DNA of 64,000 nucleotides from Marsupella aquatica (lineage: Eukaryota; Plantae; Marchantiophyta), in the NCBI GenBank assembly GCA_973895155.1, contig OZ316897.1, positions 832,515-896,514 of the forward strand, read 5' to 3'. Each line of letters starts with the position of its first letter. Position 1 is the first letter of the stretch. Both the position numbers and the translations under genes were made by a program. Of the stretch, positions 26,601 to 39,583 are shown in pieces. Below the pieces are notes generated by a model. That model did no database searches. It saw only the letters and a program-made list of their open reading frames with translations, and was not told where the DNA came from.

Positions 26601-28348
26601 CATGGCAAGAGACAAGAGAGTGTTTGAATGCCCTGAATGGCACCACCATTGTGTGGCAATAGTTTCCAGCCAATCATTGGCTATAGAGTTATGGGATGGT
26701 ATGATATTGTCAGCGGAATCATATGCCTGCAAACAAATGGTGATCAGCAAAGGGGTTGGCATCGGGTCAACAAGAGTAAAGTTACATCATCAGTTATCAG
26801 TGTTTTCCATCAGTCGACCTGATATCAGTGGCCACGTCATCTTAGAGAGGCCGCCAAGTTGGGGCGCTGAAAAAAAATGCGAAAAAAAAAACTTTTGCGC
26901 ATCTCAGCTGGGGCATCTCAATCTCAGCTGACCTCGCCGAGATTGGCGTAAGGCAAAAAAAAATGAAAAAAAAAATTTTAATTTTTTTCCCAAAAATTCT
27001 TTAAAAAAAAAATTCCCCAAAAATATTTTTTTCACTACGGGTGTCCGTACCGTACGGACACCGCATATCGGCGAGACCCGCCGAGATAGTTCGATGTCCG
27101 TACGGTACGGACACCAAATTTTGTCGGAATTTTTTTAAAGATTTGTTTTTTTTTGAGAATTTTTGAAAAAAAAAATTTAATTTTTTTTCTTCGTTTTTTT
27201 TGTCCTTACGCCGATCTCGGCGAGGTCAGCTGAGATTGACTCAATCTCAGCTGCCCCAGCTGAGATCCTTACGCCGATCTCGGCGAGGTCAGCTAAGATG
27301 CGCGAAAGTGCGAAGGCCCTATCTCAGCTGCTCAGCTGAGATTCAGAAATTTCAAGGCGACCAAACTGATAACTGATGATCCTCGCTACCCCGGTCAACA
27401 AGGAAGAAGTCAGAAAAACTCAGGACCTCAACTTCTCTATCAATAAAGCAATGTTGGACAGATGCTGGAGTTCTCGTAGACGGCAGTGAGCACATGAGTG
27501 ATACTTGCACTCCTTTGCGAGCAGCTGTGTGGAAGAAACAAGTCTACAGGCCAGGAGATCACGTGGTGGTCCTAGTGGATGGGAGTACAGACGTGACACT
27601 TCCAGAGAATTGGAAAGCAATCATTCGGTCAATTTTCATGCATGAATTCATGGGCTGCATGGAAATATTTTTTGAGGCATACGAAGAAGATCAAAGAGGG
27701 AATTCCTTGGCTTGGGCTCGTGATGAGTATTCTCTGTTTACAATTCTGGAACCAAAGTTACTACAATATCCTGGAAATAATTGTCGAATGCTATCTAGAA
27801 TTATACACAAGTTTTTTCCACTCCAAAGGGGCGCTGTTGGTGATGGAGGGGCTAGAGAGATTGTAGCCATGGAGATCGGAGATACTCTACTTAGAGAGCT
27901 TCCAGTCAATCTTGCAAATTGTCCTCCTTTCCCAGAAGTGGGAGACATAATGACCGTAAGAGTAAGAACAGCCCTTGATGTACAGAAAGAGGCCGGAAAA
28001 GAGACCAAGCTCTGTGTCATCAGGGAGGTCATCCTTCCATCTGAGGTGGAAACTACAACAGAAGCTGAAGCAATTCACGCTAGTGCACCAGAGGATGCAC
28101 TAGATGAAGTAGAGTTGAGAGATCACATGTTTGAAGAAACACCCAACGACCACCAGTTTCAGAAGGACTTAGGTAGAGTTAAGGTAAGCTGGTTGAATAT
28201 AGTAGGTGCCCGTTCAGAAACTCCAACTTACAAAGCTTCTCCACGAATTGAGGCAGAATTTGGATTTGAGGCACTACTTCAATTGAGGGGAGAGTTTATT
28301 TGCATTCAACAATGGCATGGTTATCCTGTGAGGTGGCAAATAGTATAA
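23652..28348 (+). pseudogene. CACTA/EnSpm (TnpD/Tnp2-type) transposase pseudogene
   Basis: Motifs CTC..KC, WWDG, GDPRNIGL..HWDGFQ, FLEPFIRELEEL..DGI, LRA.L..FTGDHPAQCK..G, C..C, YDTMH.L.L, FKAEE and GP....WCYRFER. Introns 24933-25027 and 26178-26329 (GT-AG). In-frame TAG at 24063-24065. Interrupted by the insertion at 26788-27378. Confidence 0.88.
26788..27378. mobile_element. ~591-bp non-autonomous foldback/MITE-like insertion, apparent 2-bp AT TSD
   Basis: Ends catcagttatcagt and actgataactgatg, flanked by AT on both sides. Long internal inverted arms and ggtgtccgtaccgtacggacacc palindromes. Interrupts the CACTA coding sequence. Confidence 0.85.
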
Positions 28349-29482
28349 GTCTGTAGCCCCATCAGTACGTAGAATCGAGCGTAGAATGTAGTCTACCTTA
28401 TAGGCATGCAGTCATAATAAATTTTCATTTAGATTGATCGAGAGTTGAAGCAGTCATGATCTTCTACTGTGAATTGAAGTGAATCAGAACATCAATCTAG
28501 ACACATGTCAAGAAGTGAGAGACACAATTTCTCCAGTCTACACAGGACTTGTCAGGGCTTAGGGCTTGGTTAATTAGAGCAGATGGAGGACAATTCACTC
28601 CATTGACGGAAATGGTTCCATTTAATTTCAATTCGATTGATCATTTCAAACCAAATGGATAAATAAATACTTTAATCTGTAGTGAACTTCAGAAGTAAGA
28701 GTTTACTAATTATATTGTTGCAAGTGCCGGTACATGACTGCTTAATGATGTATTTCGTGCATGATGAGACTTGGTCATTCAAACTCCAGTATTATGAAAG
28801 TAAGTAAAGAATAGGTGAATTGTCTGCCGATCTTGTTTCAAGAATAATCCTCAATGCAAGCCAGTATACTTGACCTCCTAAAAGTAGAAATGCACTCTGA
28901 TCAATAATGGGATTTTGTCAAATTAAGAGCTACACTTTGATGGTAAACACTATAGAAGAGAATTATTTGTTGCACAATAAGCTGCAAATGATAACCTGTA
29001 GTGTAGTATAGATCTGTACTTGGCACTCTATATATAATGGTTTGTATAGAAAACTAGAGGACTTTGAATTAGTAGCAAACAGCTCAAATATTATGAACTA
29101 GCTACTCGTTGAAGTTGCAGGTCAAATCGAGTGAGTTCATTCCAAGTCTCAGTTTTAAACTCAATTTACTTAATCGTTCAGAAGTACCTTTCTTTTTAAC
29201 ATCTATGACAGTATAAATGAAGACATGTATTCGTTCGGCTATCTTACCATGTAAAAGATAGAACTGCGCACATATCTGATCGAGACTGTCAACTTAAAAA
29301 GTATATAGCTAAGAAATTGCTTCATCCTGGTTGCCAACAATTGTAATATGGGGATGATCAACAGGATAAATTCGTTGGCATGTCTTCTGGGCTAAGTGAA
29401 GAAAACGCCTGGAGGAAGAGAAATTCAAGTAAGTAGGATCAAGCAACCGGTAGTCAATCAAGCAACAATCAGATCAACCAAC

Positions 29483-30109
29483 ATGTCAATCAACAGGAAG
29501 GTGCAGCTCCAGTCGTCAGATGGTGTTATATTTGAAGTGGACATTTTTGTTTGCAATACTCAGAGACGTTGACAGATATCGTCGACGTCACTGGAAATAA
29601 AAGTACAATTCCTTTGCCCAATGTTCCACTAAATAGTATTGCGCAAATCATTGGCAGTTGGAACAGAGTACGAGGAGAAGCCAGCACCTACAGAGGATGA
29701 AATCAAACAGCGTGATGCTGAATTTCTCCAGGTCGATCACTACACTCTTGTGGGTCTCATCAACGTAAGTTTTACATACTGACGCAAGCTCATTTTTTAT
29801 TCTGAACTTCTTGACGTACTAGGCCGGGTATCTCTCTAAATTACGTATTTTCTTTGACCTCCAGGTTAGTGGGTACTGCTGAGGTTCCTCTATGGTCACT
29901 TTATGATCTCTAATCTTATCTTCTCGCTTCTTGCAGGCAGCCCGATACCTGAATATTCAAAATTTGTTAGAATCGACGTGTCAAAGAGCTGCTGACATTA
30001 TCACAGGCAAGACTCCTGCGGAGATCAAAACAACTTTCGGGATGGTGAACCAATATGATCCCGAAGAAGAGAAGAAATGAGGAGGGGAATCGAGCAGATC
30101 TTCCACTAG
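29483..30109 (+). pseudogene. SKP1: SKP1/ASK-like pseudogene (2 exons, frameshifted)
   Basis: Translates as MSINRKVQLQSSDGVIFEVD..TIPLPNV..DAEFLQVD..TL..LIN | [38 protein letters not shown] intron 29765-29936 at the conserved plant SKP1 position. Frameshifts in exon 1 and near the 3' end. Confidence 0.9.
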
Positions 30110-30311
30110 GTAGCTTCAGATTAAATAGTCTTGATCATTCCAGCCGGCCAGGAACAAACTGTGGAATTTTTGAAGTTGTTGTATGGACTTAGATAGGCCA
30201 GCCCTTGAGTATGGTTGAAATGGTTGAGACCAAAAAGGTTACCTAGGGATGTCACCACATCTTCCTTGGGATGTCACTTCAACTTATGATTGGGGAAATG
30301 GTTCACTACAT

Positions 30312-31626
30312 TCATAGGGAAAACCCCGAGTTAAATGAGTGATTATTTTGCCTATGAGCACATCCAGTACATTCCCTACTTGTCATGAGCATTACTTTCC
30401 CAAGCACTGCATATCCTCCTTGTGTCACTTTTTGCAAGCAATTCTTTAGGTCAGCAACTGCAGCAAGTATCACTACATCTCTTCGATGAGTCCCAAAAAC
30501 TGCAGGGAGGTACTTCTTCAAGGAAGGATGGAGCATAAACTTAGTGAAAAATAGCTACCTTGCAGACAAATTAAATTTGTCCAATCTACTCAGGATGGAT
30601 GTCACCGCCACAGACACCTAAGACTGAACACTTTGTGTTCTCCTATTGGAATTCAATTCATCTTCTAAATCACCAGCAGACCCACATTGCCAAGCCTCTG
30701 TGCGTGTATTACCCTTTTTCTTCCAGTATGCTGCTCGCTTCCTTGGAGCATCTCGTGCTCTAAATTCTGTTGAAGCAGAGGATTGACAATCTGCTTGCCT
30801 CGAAGCTAAACTCTCCCGCTGCAGCTCTGAAGTTTGGCCATGCATGCTCTCACCGAGAAGTTGCCCATCTAAGGACCAAAGATGTGCTTCTTGATGCCCT
30901 ATGCGATTGCGGAGAGTTTGTCTTCTTTGTGTCAATTTGTCACATTGTAATTGTGTAGACTGTAGGATGCTAGTAGCTTGTGTACTTGCATTCATTATGA
31001 TGTCGGCAGCCTCTTGGGAAGCCTCCGCATGAATTCTACTCGCTTCATTCTCAGTAGATGAAATCATTTGCTGACATTTGTTTCGCGCATCTTCCAACAA
31101 ACCCTGTCCAGCCACATCGTTACTATTACCACCATGTGCAATTGATTGTCCATGGGTGATCCGTTGCTGCCTATTACAATAGGACTTGCCTCTGCTAAGG
31201 TTTCACCTTTCTGATCTTTCTCTTGCTAGGGCATCGTGGACTTTAGCAAGACTGGCCATCCGATGTTAGGCACCGCATCAAGTACTAGACAGAACTTGGG
31301 AGGTATTGAGCGGGATGCGGAGCATCTGAGCATTCAGATTCTACCTGATACTAGGCCAATACTTCTAAACTTGCCTACCCATTTGATCCAGTGAGCACCA
31401 TGGCAAAGCTCAACAATCGCCCGAGGTCCACCAGCGCTTCAATCACAGTGCTCCTCCTATGGGCAATCTCCGAGATGCATTGCTGTAAATCAAACTTCCA
31501 CGATGAATCATCAACTCCCGATCCAAAGCTTCAACTATCCAACTATGCCCCATCCCCAACAACTTAGCTCTCACATTGCGTGTGTATGGCGCAAGCTCCT
31601 TCGATGAGTAATCGACCACCATAGCC
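30312..31626 (-). pseudogene. Degenerate coding remnant (coiled-coil segment), probably TE-derived
   Basis: Broken minus-strand ORFs 31443-31626, 30618-31115 and 30312-30536. The MITE is inserted at the putative start and the left end looks truncated. Confidence 0.35.
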
Positions 31627-31923
31627 CTCGGGGGTTTCACTTCCACAAAAATGGCATATCACGTGCGACGAAGGATAGGGTCATTTTATTGGTTCTAAGG
31701 GAAGACTTAAGAATTTTTGTAGAAGAACAATAGGGTCTTTTAAATTCAATTTTGAGACTTATAAGAACATTAGGGCCTTTTTAATCCAATTTTTAGAATA
31801 TTCCAAGAATATTACAACTTTATAGGGGTTAAATTTATTATTATTTTTCTTACATTTTAGGGGGTCTGAGCCCTAAAAACGTCGCAGGCGATGGGGAGGT
31901 CCCCATATAGTGAGACCCCCGAG
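31627..31923. mobile_element. 297-bp MITE, copy 2 (inverted relative to copy 1), 8-bp TSD CCATAGCC
   Basis: ctcgggggtttcact...agtgagacccccgag. ccatagcc at 31619-31626 and 31924-31931. Confidence 0.95.
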
Positions 31924-31955
31924 CCATAGCCATCCCTAACCCCTAAGCCCTTCGC

Positions 31956-34405
31956 TGTTGGTGCATGCCCGTCCCAAGACAATTCAAGCCTAACTTGTGC
32001 TTAGAACAAAATCCGCGATCAATTTCAAACATCGACTATGAGTCCTTGCCCACTGTAGTCCTTGTTGTCAAAAGCATCGACTATGAGTCCTTGTATTCAA
32101 ACACACTGCAAGCCGCAACTTGCTCTATTCAATGTCACGGGATCCAAGGAGAACATTTATACGTCGTCCTTGCTAAAGTCCAAGATAGGAATTATGCATC
32201 TAGACTGTACTTCAACCGGTCCAAATGAATACTTAATGCATTTTTGATTGATATTCAAATCCAGCCTTTGATTTGGTCCTTCTACATCTTGGCCCTTGAG
32301 TGTAACACCCCCCAATTTATTGCAAAATTCATGAGGACTCACTCCTTTTGGTGGAGACTTTGGAGATCCTTTTTATGTACCCCTCAATCATGCTTTCCAC
32401 CACCGCTAACCTTAGCTAAGTACTAACCTGAATTAGCCTAACTGTGGTTAGCTCAAGAGTCACAAGACTAAGAGCAATACCTAACAAACTCCCCCTTGAC
32501 TCTTATCTTGGGGACTGGACTAATTGCTACCATATGGAATCCTCAGCGGGAAGTTCTAGACAATCACCTAAACAGGTCTCCCCCTAAGAACCGCAAGGGT
32601 TAACTAAGGGTTAACTAGAACTAAGTCGTAGCCAAACTGGAATGAGTAATCCATATACAAATAGTCACAACCTTGCTAAATAACTCTACTTGTGCTACAA
32701 CTGCAAAACTTGCAAAGTAGCACGGTGTCTTGAGAAACTCTCCAAAGGAATCACTTTGGTAAAGACATCAGCGGGATTGAGCTTTCCATCAATCTTGACT
32801 AGTTCAAAAGTTTTATCAGACACTGTTTGCCTGATAAAATGGTACTTGATATCAATGTGCTTCACCCTGCTATCCATAACCTGGTTAGCAGCCAAGTGAA
32901 GAGCACTCTGACTATCACAGTTTAGAGATATTTTGTCATGCTCTAAACCCATCTCTGTGATCAACCTGTCCAACCAAATTGCTTCCTTTGCCGCTTCTGC
33001 TGCTGCAACATACTCTACTTCTATAGAGACTGAGAGATACACTTATGCAAGGTAGATTTCCAACTGATACATCATCCTCCAAGAGTAAATACATACCTAG
33101 TTGTAGATCTCCTTGTATACAGACAGCCTCCATAGTCAGAATCTACATAGCCAACCTATGTAGTGGTTCTATCTGATCTGCCATCAAATAGTAATCCATA
33201 GTCCTGTGTTCCCTTAAGATACTTGAGAATCCATTTCACAGCTTCCCAATGCACCTTCCCTGGCTGGATTTGACATGAATCTGCTAACCTTGCCCATTGC
33301 TAGGGCCAAGTCAGGCCTAGTACAAGTCATCAAATACATCAGACTGCCTATTGCCTTCTCATAAGGAATCTTAGCCATCAGACCTTTCTCCACAGCATCC
33401 ATAGGAGAGAAAGCCGATGATAACTTGAAATGTGAAGCCAAATGAATACTCATTGGCTTACAATCCTTCATGTTGAATCGTGCAGTACCTTCCTTGCATA
33501 CTTGCCTTGATTCAAGCACAATTGTCCAGTATCAGAGTTCCTAAAAATCTTCATCCCTAAGATCCTCTTGGCCTTACCAAGATCCTTCATCCTGAATTCA
33601 AAACTCAATTTTGCCTTGAGTCTGTCAACCTCAGATTGATCTTTAGCCACAATTAGCATGTCATCCACATAGAGAACCAGAATGATGAAACCAAACACAT
33701 CATTCTTGACTGATTTTGTATACACACAAGGATCATACACCATCCTTGTAAAATCTTGAGCAAACATGAAATCATCAAACCGCTTGTTCCACTATCTAGG
33801 AGCTTGCTTCAATCCATACAAGGACTTGAGCAATCTACAAACTAAGTTCTCTTGGCCCTTCTTCATAAAGCCTACTGGTTGTGTCATGAAGATCATCTCT
33901 CCCAAGTTGCCATAGAGAAAAGCAGTAACAACGTCCATCTGATTCATCACCAGACCAAAAAACACAACAAGGTGACACAAGATCCGAATTGTGGAATACT
34001 TAGCCACCAGTGAAAAGACCTCATTGTAATCCACTCCTTTCTCTTGAGTGAATCCCTTGGCAACAAGCCTTGCCTTGTAGATCTTGTCTCCACCCTCTGA
34101 AGGACTGTCCTTCAACTTGTAAATCCACTTGCTGTCCACCACTGACTTGCTGACCTCTTGGAAGCTCCACCAACTCCCATGTCTTGTTATCACTCAAAGA
34201 TTGCAACTCCATCTGCATTGTTGCATTCCACTCATGCTTATGCTCTTAAGCACAAGCCTCACTGTATGAAGAAGGCTCTTCTTCTTCCAAGATCAAGCCA
34301 TATCATCATCATCAGGTACAATGTCAATATCATCTAGCTTAGATGAGTCTGCCCATTGACCATACCTGGTAGGAGCTCTAGTAGAACGATTGGAAGTTCT
34401 TCTAG
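31956..34405 (-). mobile_element. 5'-truncated, degenerate Ty1/copia (RT-RNase H, PPT, 3' LTR ~31956-32486)
   Basis: [36 protein letters not shown] and KHIDIKYHF in broken frames. PPT at 32487-32497 next to TGTTAG. The left LTR edge is inferred from tgttg at 31956. Confidence 0.88.
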
Positions 34406-34409
34406 TATC

Positions 34410-34629
34410 GACAAGGCTAGATTCCATGATGGAGTCACAGATCAGTGACAAATGGGTATCAAGCGAGTTGCGATGAAGTGTAGCATTAGTGACTTCTATT
34501 TTTTGGTCTCAACTTTGCAACTCCAAGGTCACAGTCTGGGTTACGTCATGACATTGTGTCACAATACAGTCACATGAGCCAAAAGGAGTCACATATTGCG
34601 GTCTTAGAATAGCTCAATTTCTTCTAGTG
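34410..34629. mobile_element. Isolated CACTA terminus with GTCAC/GTGAC subterminal repeats
   Basis: Ends ttcttctagtg (reverse complement CACTAGAAGAA), preceded by many gtcac/gtgac motifs. Confidence 0.55.
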
Positions 34630-35819
34630 CTTGTTACTAACTTTAAAAAATGATACATTTGACAATACTTTTGATCCCTTAGACTATTATAAAATGTTAA
34701 TTTGAAGGATTATAATTATGCTTCTTTAGTTACATGTTTCTTCAAATCAAAGAAAAACTTCACATGTCACATCGAACAAAATGCTTGCAGCCCAATTTGC
34801 TACATTTTATTAATCACACTCTTTGAGAAGGAAGAATATTAATATATGCATATTTTGCAATATGCATTCATGGCAAGAAGAAGAAGATCTTCTATATGCC
34901 CATTTGGCAACACCATGTCAAGTACATATTGATAGTTGGGCCACTAATATGATGACGTGTGTCACTACCTATTAGAGCCCCCTTCCAAAAATCTAATCCC
35001 GATCAAATATTCAGTACACTACATTACTTACATGTCATTAAAATGCAGGTTGCGTAGTTGTAACTGATTTCTAAAAATTACCTCAAAATGAATAAAAATA
35101 TTAACCCTTGAATCGTTCTCACATCCGACCTGTATTACCTAAGAGTGGGGGCCCAGGGCACGTGCGATCCAAAATAGGTATTTTTTATATAAATTAACTA
35201 AAGTTTTAAAAAGCATAGGAGGCAAAAAAAGGTATTATAAACTCATGTTTTTAGATTATTATCTAATTATATATACCTTTTATAAAGTAAAATAGGTTAT
35301 TAATATTGAAAATGGAGAATATTCTTGAAATGTTTAATTTCTTTATAAAATACGTCTATTTATATTAGGCTAGGATCGCACCTGGTACCCCAAAATATAC
35401 TTTTAGTTAAACCCCCAAGCTCAAAACCTCACTCTCCTCGGTGAAAGCTCAAACAGTTTTAGCTGGGAAATGGCTACTCCGTCCCGCCCAATTTTTGCCG
35501 CCAGACCTGTGCCTCCCCCAGCCAAGAGAATACTGCCCAGCCAAGCTTAGGTATGCTCTGTGGATAGTACATAGACTTAGTTACTCTTTGGGGTCAGACC
35601 GAGAGGATAGTCCGCGCCTGAACCAACAAGTAAGAAAGGAGAAGAAGACGACGCATGGCCCGGACCAGCCTACGCGGATTACGCCTACTCCGCCCAACTC
35701 TAGGCCAGCCTTCCACTCCGGCACCAATTCCCAGTTTGGCCCCGCCCATGCCACATTCCAAGAAGAGACCTGCCCCCTCGGCGTGTCCCCAAGGTCCAAT
35801 GGGAGGCAATCAAGTTTGC

Positions 35820-37190
35820 AACCCATGAGGACTATCTGAAGGAGCACTACTTGGATAAGTTTGCTCACTTAAACTGGCGGTCTACCGCATTTGGGTCATA
35901 AGAGCTTTGGGAGTTCATCGAGAACTTTGACGTTGAGACCCCGGCTACAAAGGTAGCAAGACAAACCCTGTCTCTCACCGACTACCAGTTGGCCCAGATC
36001 TTTGCCCTGCCAGTGGGACCAGTATCGGTGCCCAAGTATGCAACTCCTCTTTTTATAAGGCAAGATTATAATTCCTTATATTAATGACTTTCCTGATCTC
36101 AATTCCTTATAATTGACCATGTGAAGTTTCATTTTACTCTACTAAAATCTTGTACGGTCTCTCAACTCAAGGAACCCAAAGATGTAAATTTGAAAAAAAG
36201 TTGAGCTTGTTTTGGTGTGGAAAAATTTGATCAAAACCAAATTATATGGTTTTTTTTAATATAGGGATCTACAGCCAAACTACCCAGCTTTTTGGGATTT
36301 TTATTAAAATTCTAAAATCCTTTTAATAAAAATTACAACAATTTTAGGAATATTTTTAATATATGTGGAAAAATAAGAAAATCAAACTTTTTATATGACT
36401 TCAAACTTTTTAAAATTCTAAAACCTAAGTTTTTTCAAATTTTCATTTTTCTTATAGCCAACTTTTGAGTCCATATAAAAATGTAGACCGTCCCCTACTT
36501 ATTATACAAGAGTTGTGTACCCGGGTATCAGTGGAGTTGAAAATTCGGGATAAGGAGTATGTGCCCCAACATTTCAACCCAATGGGCAACTGAAGACGAA
36601 CTATGGATACAAGTAAGGGTAGTGTACCAACCTGATCTGTATGGAACAGCAACTCAATTCATAAGATCTACCTTGCACATGATTGAGCCTAGGTCTGAGA
36701 TCTCCCTCTGCACATAGAGCAATGCAGAATCAAAATTGGGCACAATTCTTTGGCAAATTCTTGGGGGAGTTAAAATGGCTAAGACAGGTCTGCACATCAA
36801 AGGGAAGTTCCTCGAGAACCACATCATGATTATCTTTGAGTGGTACGGGCAACAGCGTGAGGCCAAAGGTAAGAATACCGCTACGTCGGCCTCCACCTGC
36901 GCCAACCCTGTCACCACCCCGAGGGACATCCCGGCGGCCCCTAGTCTGCTGCTGCCCCAACTCCCCCAAAACCGCCATGCTTTGAACCGTGGTAGTAAAC
37001 GGTCCCCCGCCACCTCCCCAAATCACCACGCTTTGAACCGTGGTAGTAAACTGTCCCCCACCACCTCCCCCGACTATCGTGACCCCGCTACCCCAGTCAC
37101 AACCACCCCCACCTTTGGACCCCATTCCCTCTCCCGCACAGACTACCAAAGAAGCAATAGTTCGACTCATGAAAACGGGGAGATGTAATC
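35820..37190 (+). pseudogene. Degenerate TE-associated ORF fragments, split by an AT-rich segment (~36050-36450)
   Basis: Fragments LWEFIENFD...LAQIFALP and ..TILWQ..KFLENHIMIIF followed by a Pro-rich tract; many stops. Confidence 0.3.
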
Positions 37191-38934
37191 TGTGCATACC
37201 GAAGACCACAGCAGCGCAACGGAGATAAGGAATTGAGTCTTTATTGGAGCTTTTGCTTTCCCTTTCCCTTTGCCCAGGAAGGCTGTTACTTTCAGAAACT
37301 CGGCATACTTTTTCCGTGTGCGCATAACAATCTTTGCTCCTCCAGTACCGGTTGCAAGAATTTGCATGAAGTAGGGTTTGGGAATTGATGCTTCACGCAA
37401 ATTCTCAGGGTATAGTGCGTCTCCTGCTCATGGGCTGGCCTGGGTAGTTGAACATGGTGGATGAAGGAATGAATTTCTCTAGACGACAACAATGTTGCGA
37501 TTTCTCCTGAATTGCCGACCCGAATCAAACAGATACGTACACTGCATGTGTCGATCCCTTTTGAGGATTGCTGGTATATTGACAAAGAATCGGCTGTAAA
37601 GATTTCAACAAATTCCATCGTGGTGCATTGAGAATGAACAAGATCGAAGGACCAGCCTATGCTTTGTCCCCTTGGCAAGGCTTCCTCTTTCCTAATTTTA
37701 AAAAGGACCGACTAATGAACCAATGAACGACGTCCCCGACTACGGATTTCATGTAGGCAATGAAATCCATAATTAGGTATCGAACACGGCAAAGGCAGAA
37801 GATTTTCGAAGCCAGCTCACCAAGGAACCCCCATGGCTATGGCAGCATAGCAGCTTTCATGCTCACGAATGACTCACAAACCTACGTGACAAATGCATAA
37901 GAGCAAAAAACTTTTTGGCATACTCGCTAACCCAGCACTTATTGAGGAGCCCTCTGGCTGGGGCTGGAACTCGTTTGCCGAGCGTTCCCTGGGCACATGA
38001 GGAGAAAATGAACTGCTCGGGTCTTGGCGCATGCATGTGGTATTTAAATGGACATTTTAAAAGCATACATTTGTGCGCCACATTCAACCAAGACCCATTT
38101 ACTGAACCAGAGCAAATGGAGGAGCAACCTAAAACAGTACAATCATGATGTCCAGAAATGGGAACGCACCTCATCAGCTTGCTCAGTACTTCATTATTGG
38201 TTCTCTCTAGGTAAGTGAGTGCCCGCGCCACTGAAGCAAACGGTATCTCATTCCTTTTGTAGGCCACCAAAGCCGAAATAGGATGTGTGAAACGAGCCTC
38301 AACGCAAGAGAAAGTAACAAAACATTCATATAATAGGTGGAGGCAATATAGATAGCAAAGACAAAGGTCCAGGCTGAGCTAATCACTGTCTTACATGTAC
38401 TCCAACTTATTATGTATGGTTACTGCCTAGCAAGAAGGTTTTCTTACCAGCAAACTAAAGGTCGGGATGTTGGGGTCAAGAGATCATCAGAGCTTTGACT
38501 TTCAAGGCAGGTAAATTTTGAAGTTTGTACGCACGTCTATACCTATCCCTCCTCGCTAGCCTCGATCCCGATGTTGAATCATTCACGTTCAAAACGCACC
38601 GTGCTGTATTGTCCAAGTCTCATGGAAGGTCGACGTCTGCTGAGTTGGTAAGCACGCCATTTATGCCTAAATGAATGTCGTCGACTCCTAGCCGGCCCTA
38701 TTGCCTCGACTGCATATTTTGGTCGTGAACCCGTCCATCCAGCAAGAGTCACTCTAAGTTCCTTGGCGGTCGCCCATTTCACCTCGATACCTTGGTATCT
38801 AACTGGAGAAGGGCTTCTCCATCGCCGATCGTACTGTTTGATCGAGTGAGCACGAAAGCCAGCTCATGACAGGCCATGATAGAAGGGGCTTTCAGCCCCA
38901 TGGACGGTGGGTGATCAGGTGAACTCCCAAATTT

Positions 38935-39583
38935 CTAGTGTCGTGCTTATTATAGGACACTGCGTAGTAGTATTTGTGCGTGCTAGGGTCGCGCTTGGTG
39001 AGATCCACGGTAAGTTACGAAGTTTTGACCGCGGTGGTGATCATCGTTCCCGTCTTCTGGCTTATCTGGTACCACAACGTCGCTTGCTCGAGCGGTTGAT
39101 AGTGAGCTGAGGACTGTAGGGCAAGAGTGTAGTGGAGTCAACGAAGATAGAGCTTCGTAATTAAGCCCCGTCGCTGTTTTAGACGCCTACAATGACATGG
39201 ATGCCGTCGACTCCTGGGTACTTGTAGTTGACAATGCCGACACACAAGAAGTCCGGCACGGGTGTTGTTGCTGAGGGGACCCAGCCACCGGTAGCATCGA
39301 GATCGAAAGCTTGGCCTTTGTTGCATTGCTGCCAGTCACCTTCAAGAGTGACCGACACGTCGTCAAGTGGAACATCAGCGGTCCAGTTCAAGGCGTAAAC
39401 TGCGTTCCATTGGATGGAAATATTGGGGGCGATTCCCTTCGATTGCCAGACTGTGTTGAAGGTTATGGTTCCATCACCCTTGACGACGGATTTGGCGATA
39501 TGGAAGTACATGTTGTTGCTCCCGAGAAATGCACGTTCGTATGCATCCTCAAAGACTTCTATTTCGCGTACCGGGTCTCCCAT
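38935..39583 (-). pseudogene. Intronless beta-rich protein of microbial (fungal/bacterial) appearance, truncated by nonsense mutations
   Basis: ORF 39179-39583. Protein-like sequence continues past the stop with further lesions (..IFVD..L..RWYQ..KTGTMI..VDLT..YYYAVSY). TATA-like TATAAGTA at 39781-39788 on the minus strand. Confidence 0.5.

Noticed and set aside
37167-38270. Minus-strand ORFs 37167-37678 and 37863-38270
   Set aside because: No recognisable motifs or consistent frame; cannot support a call.
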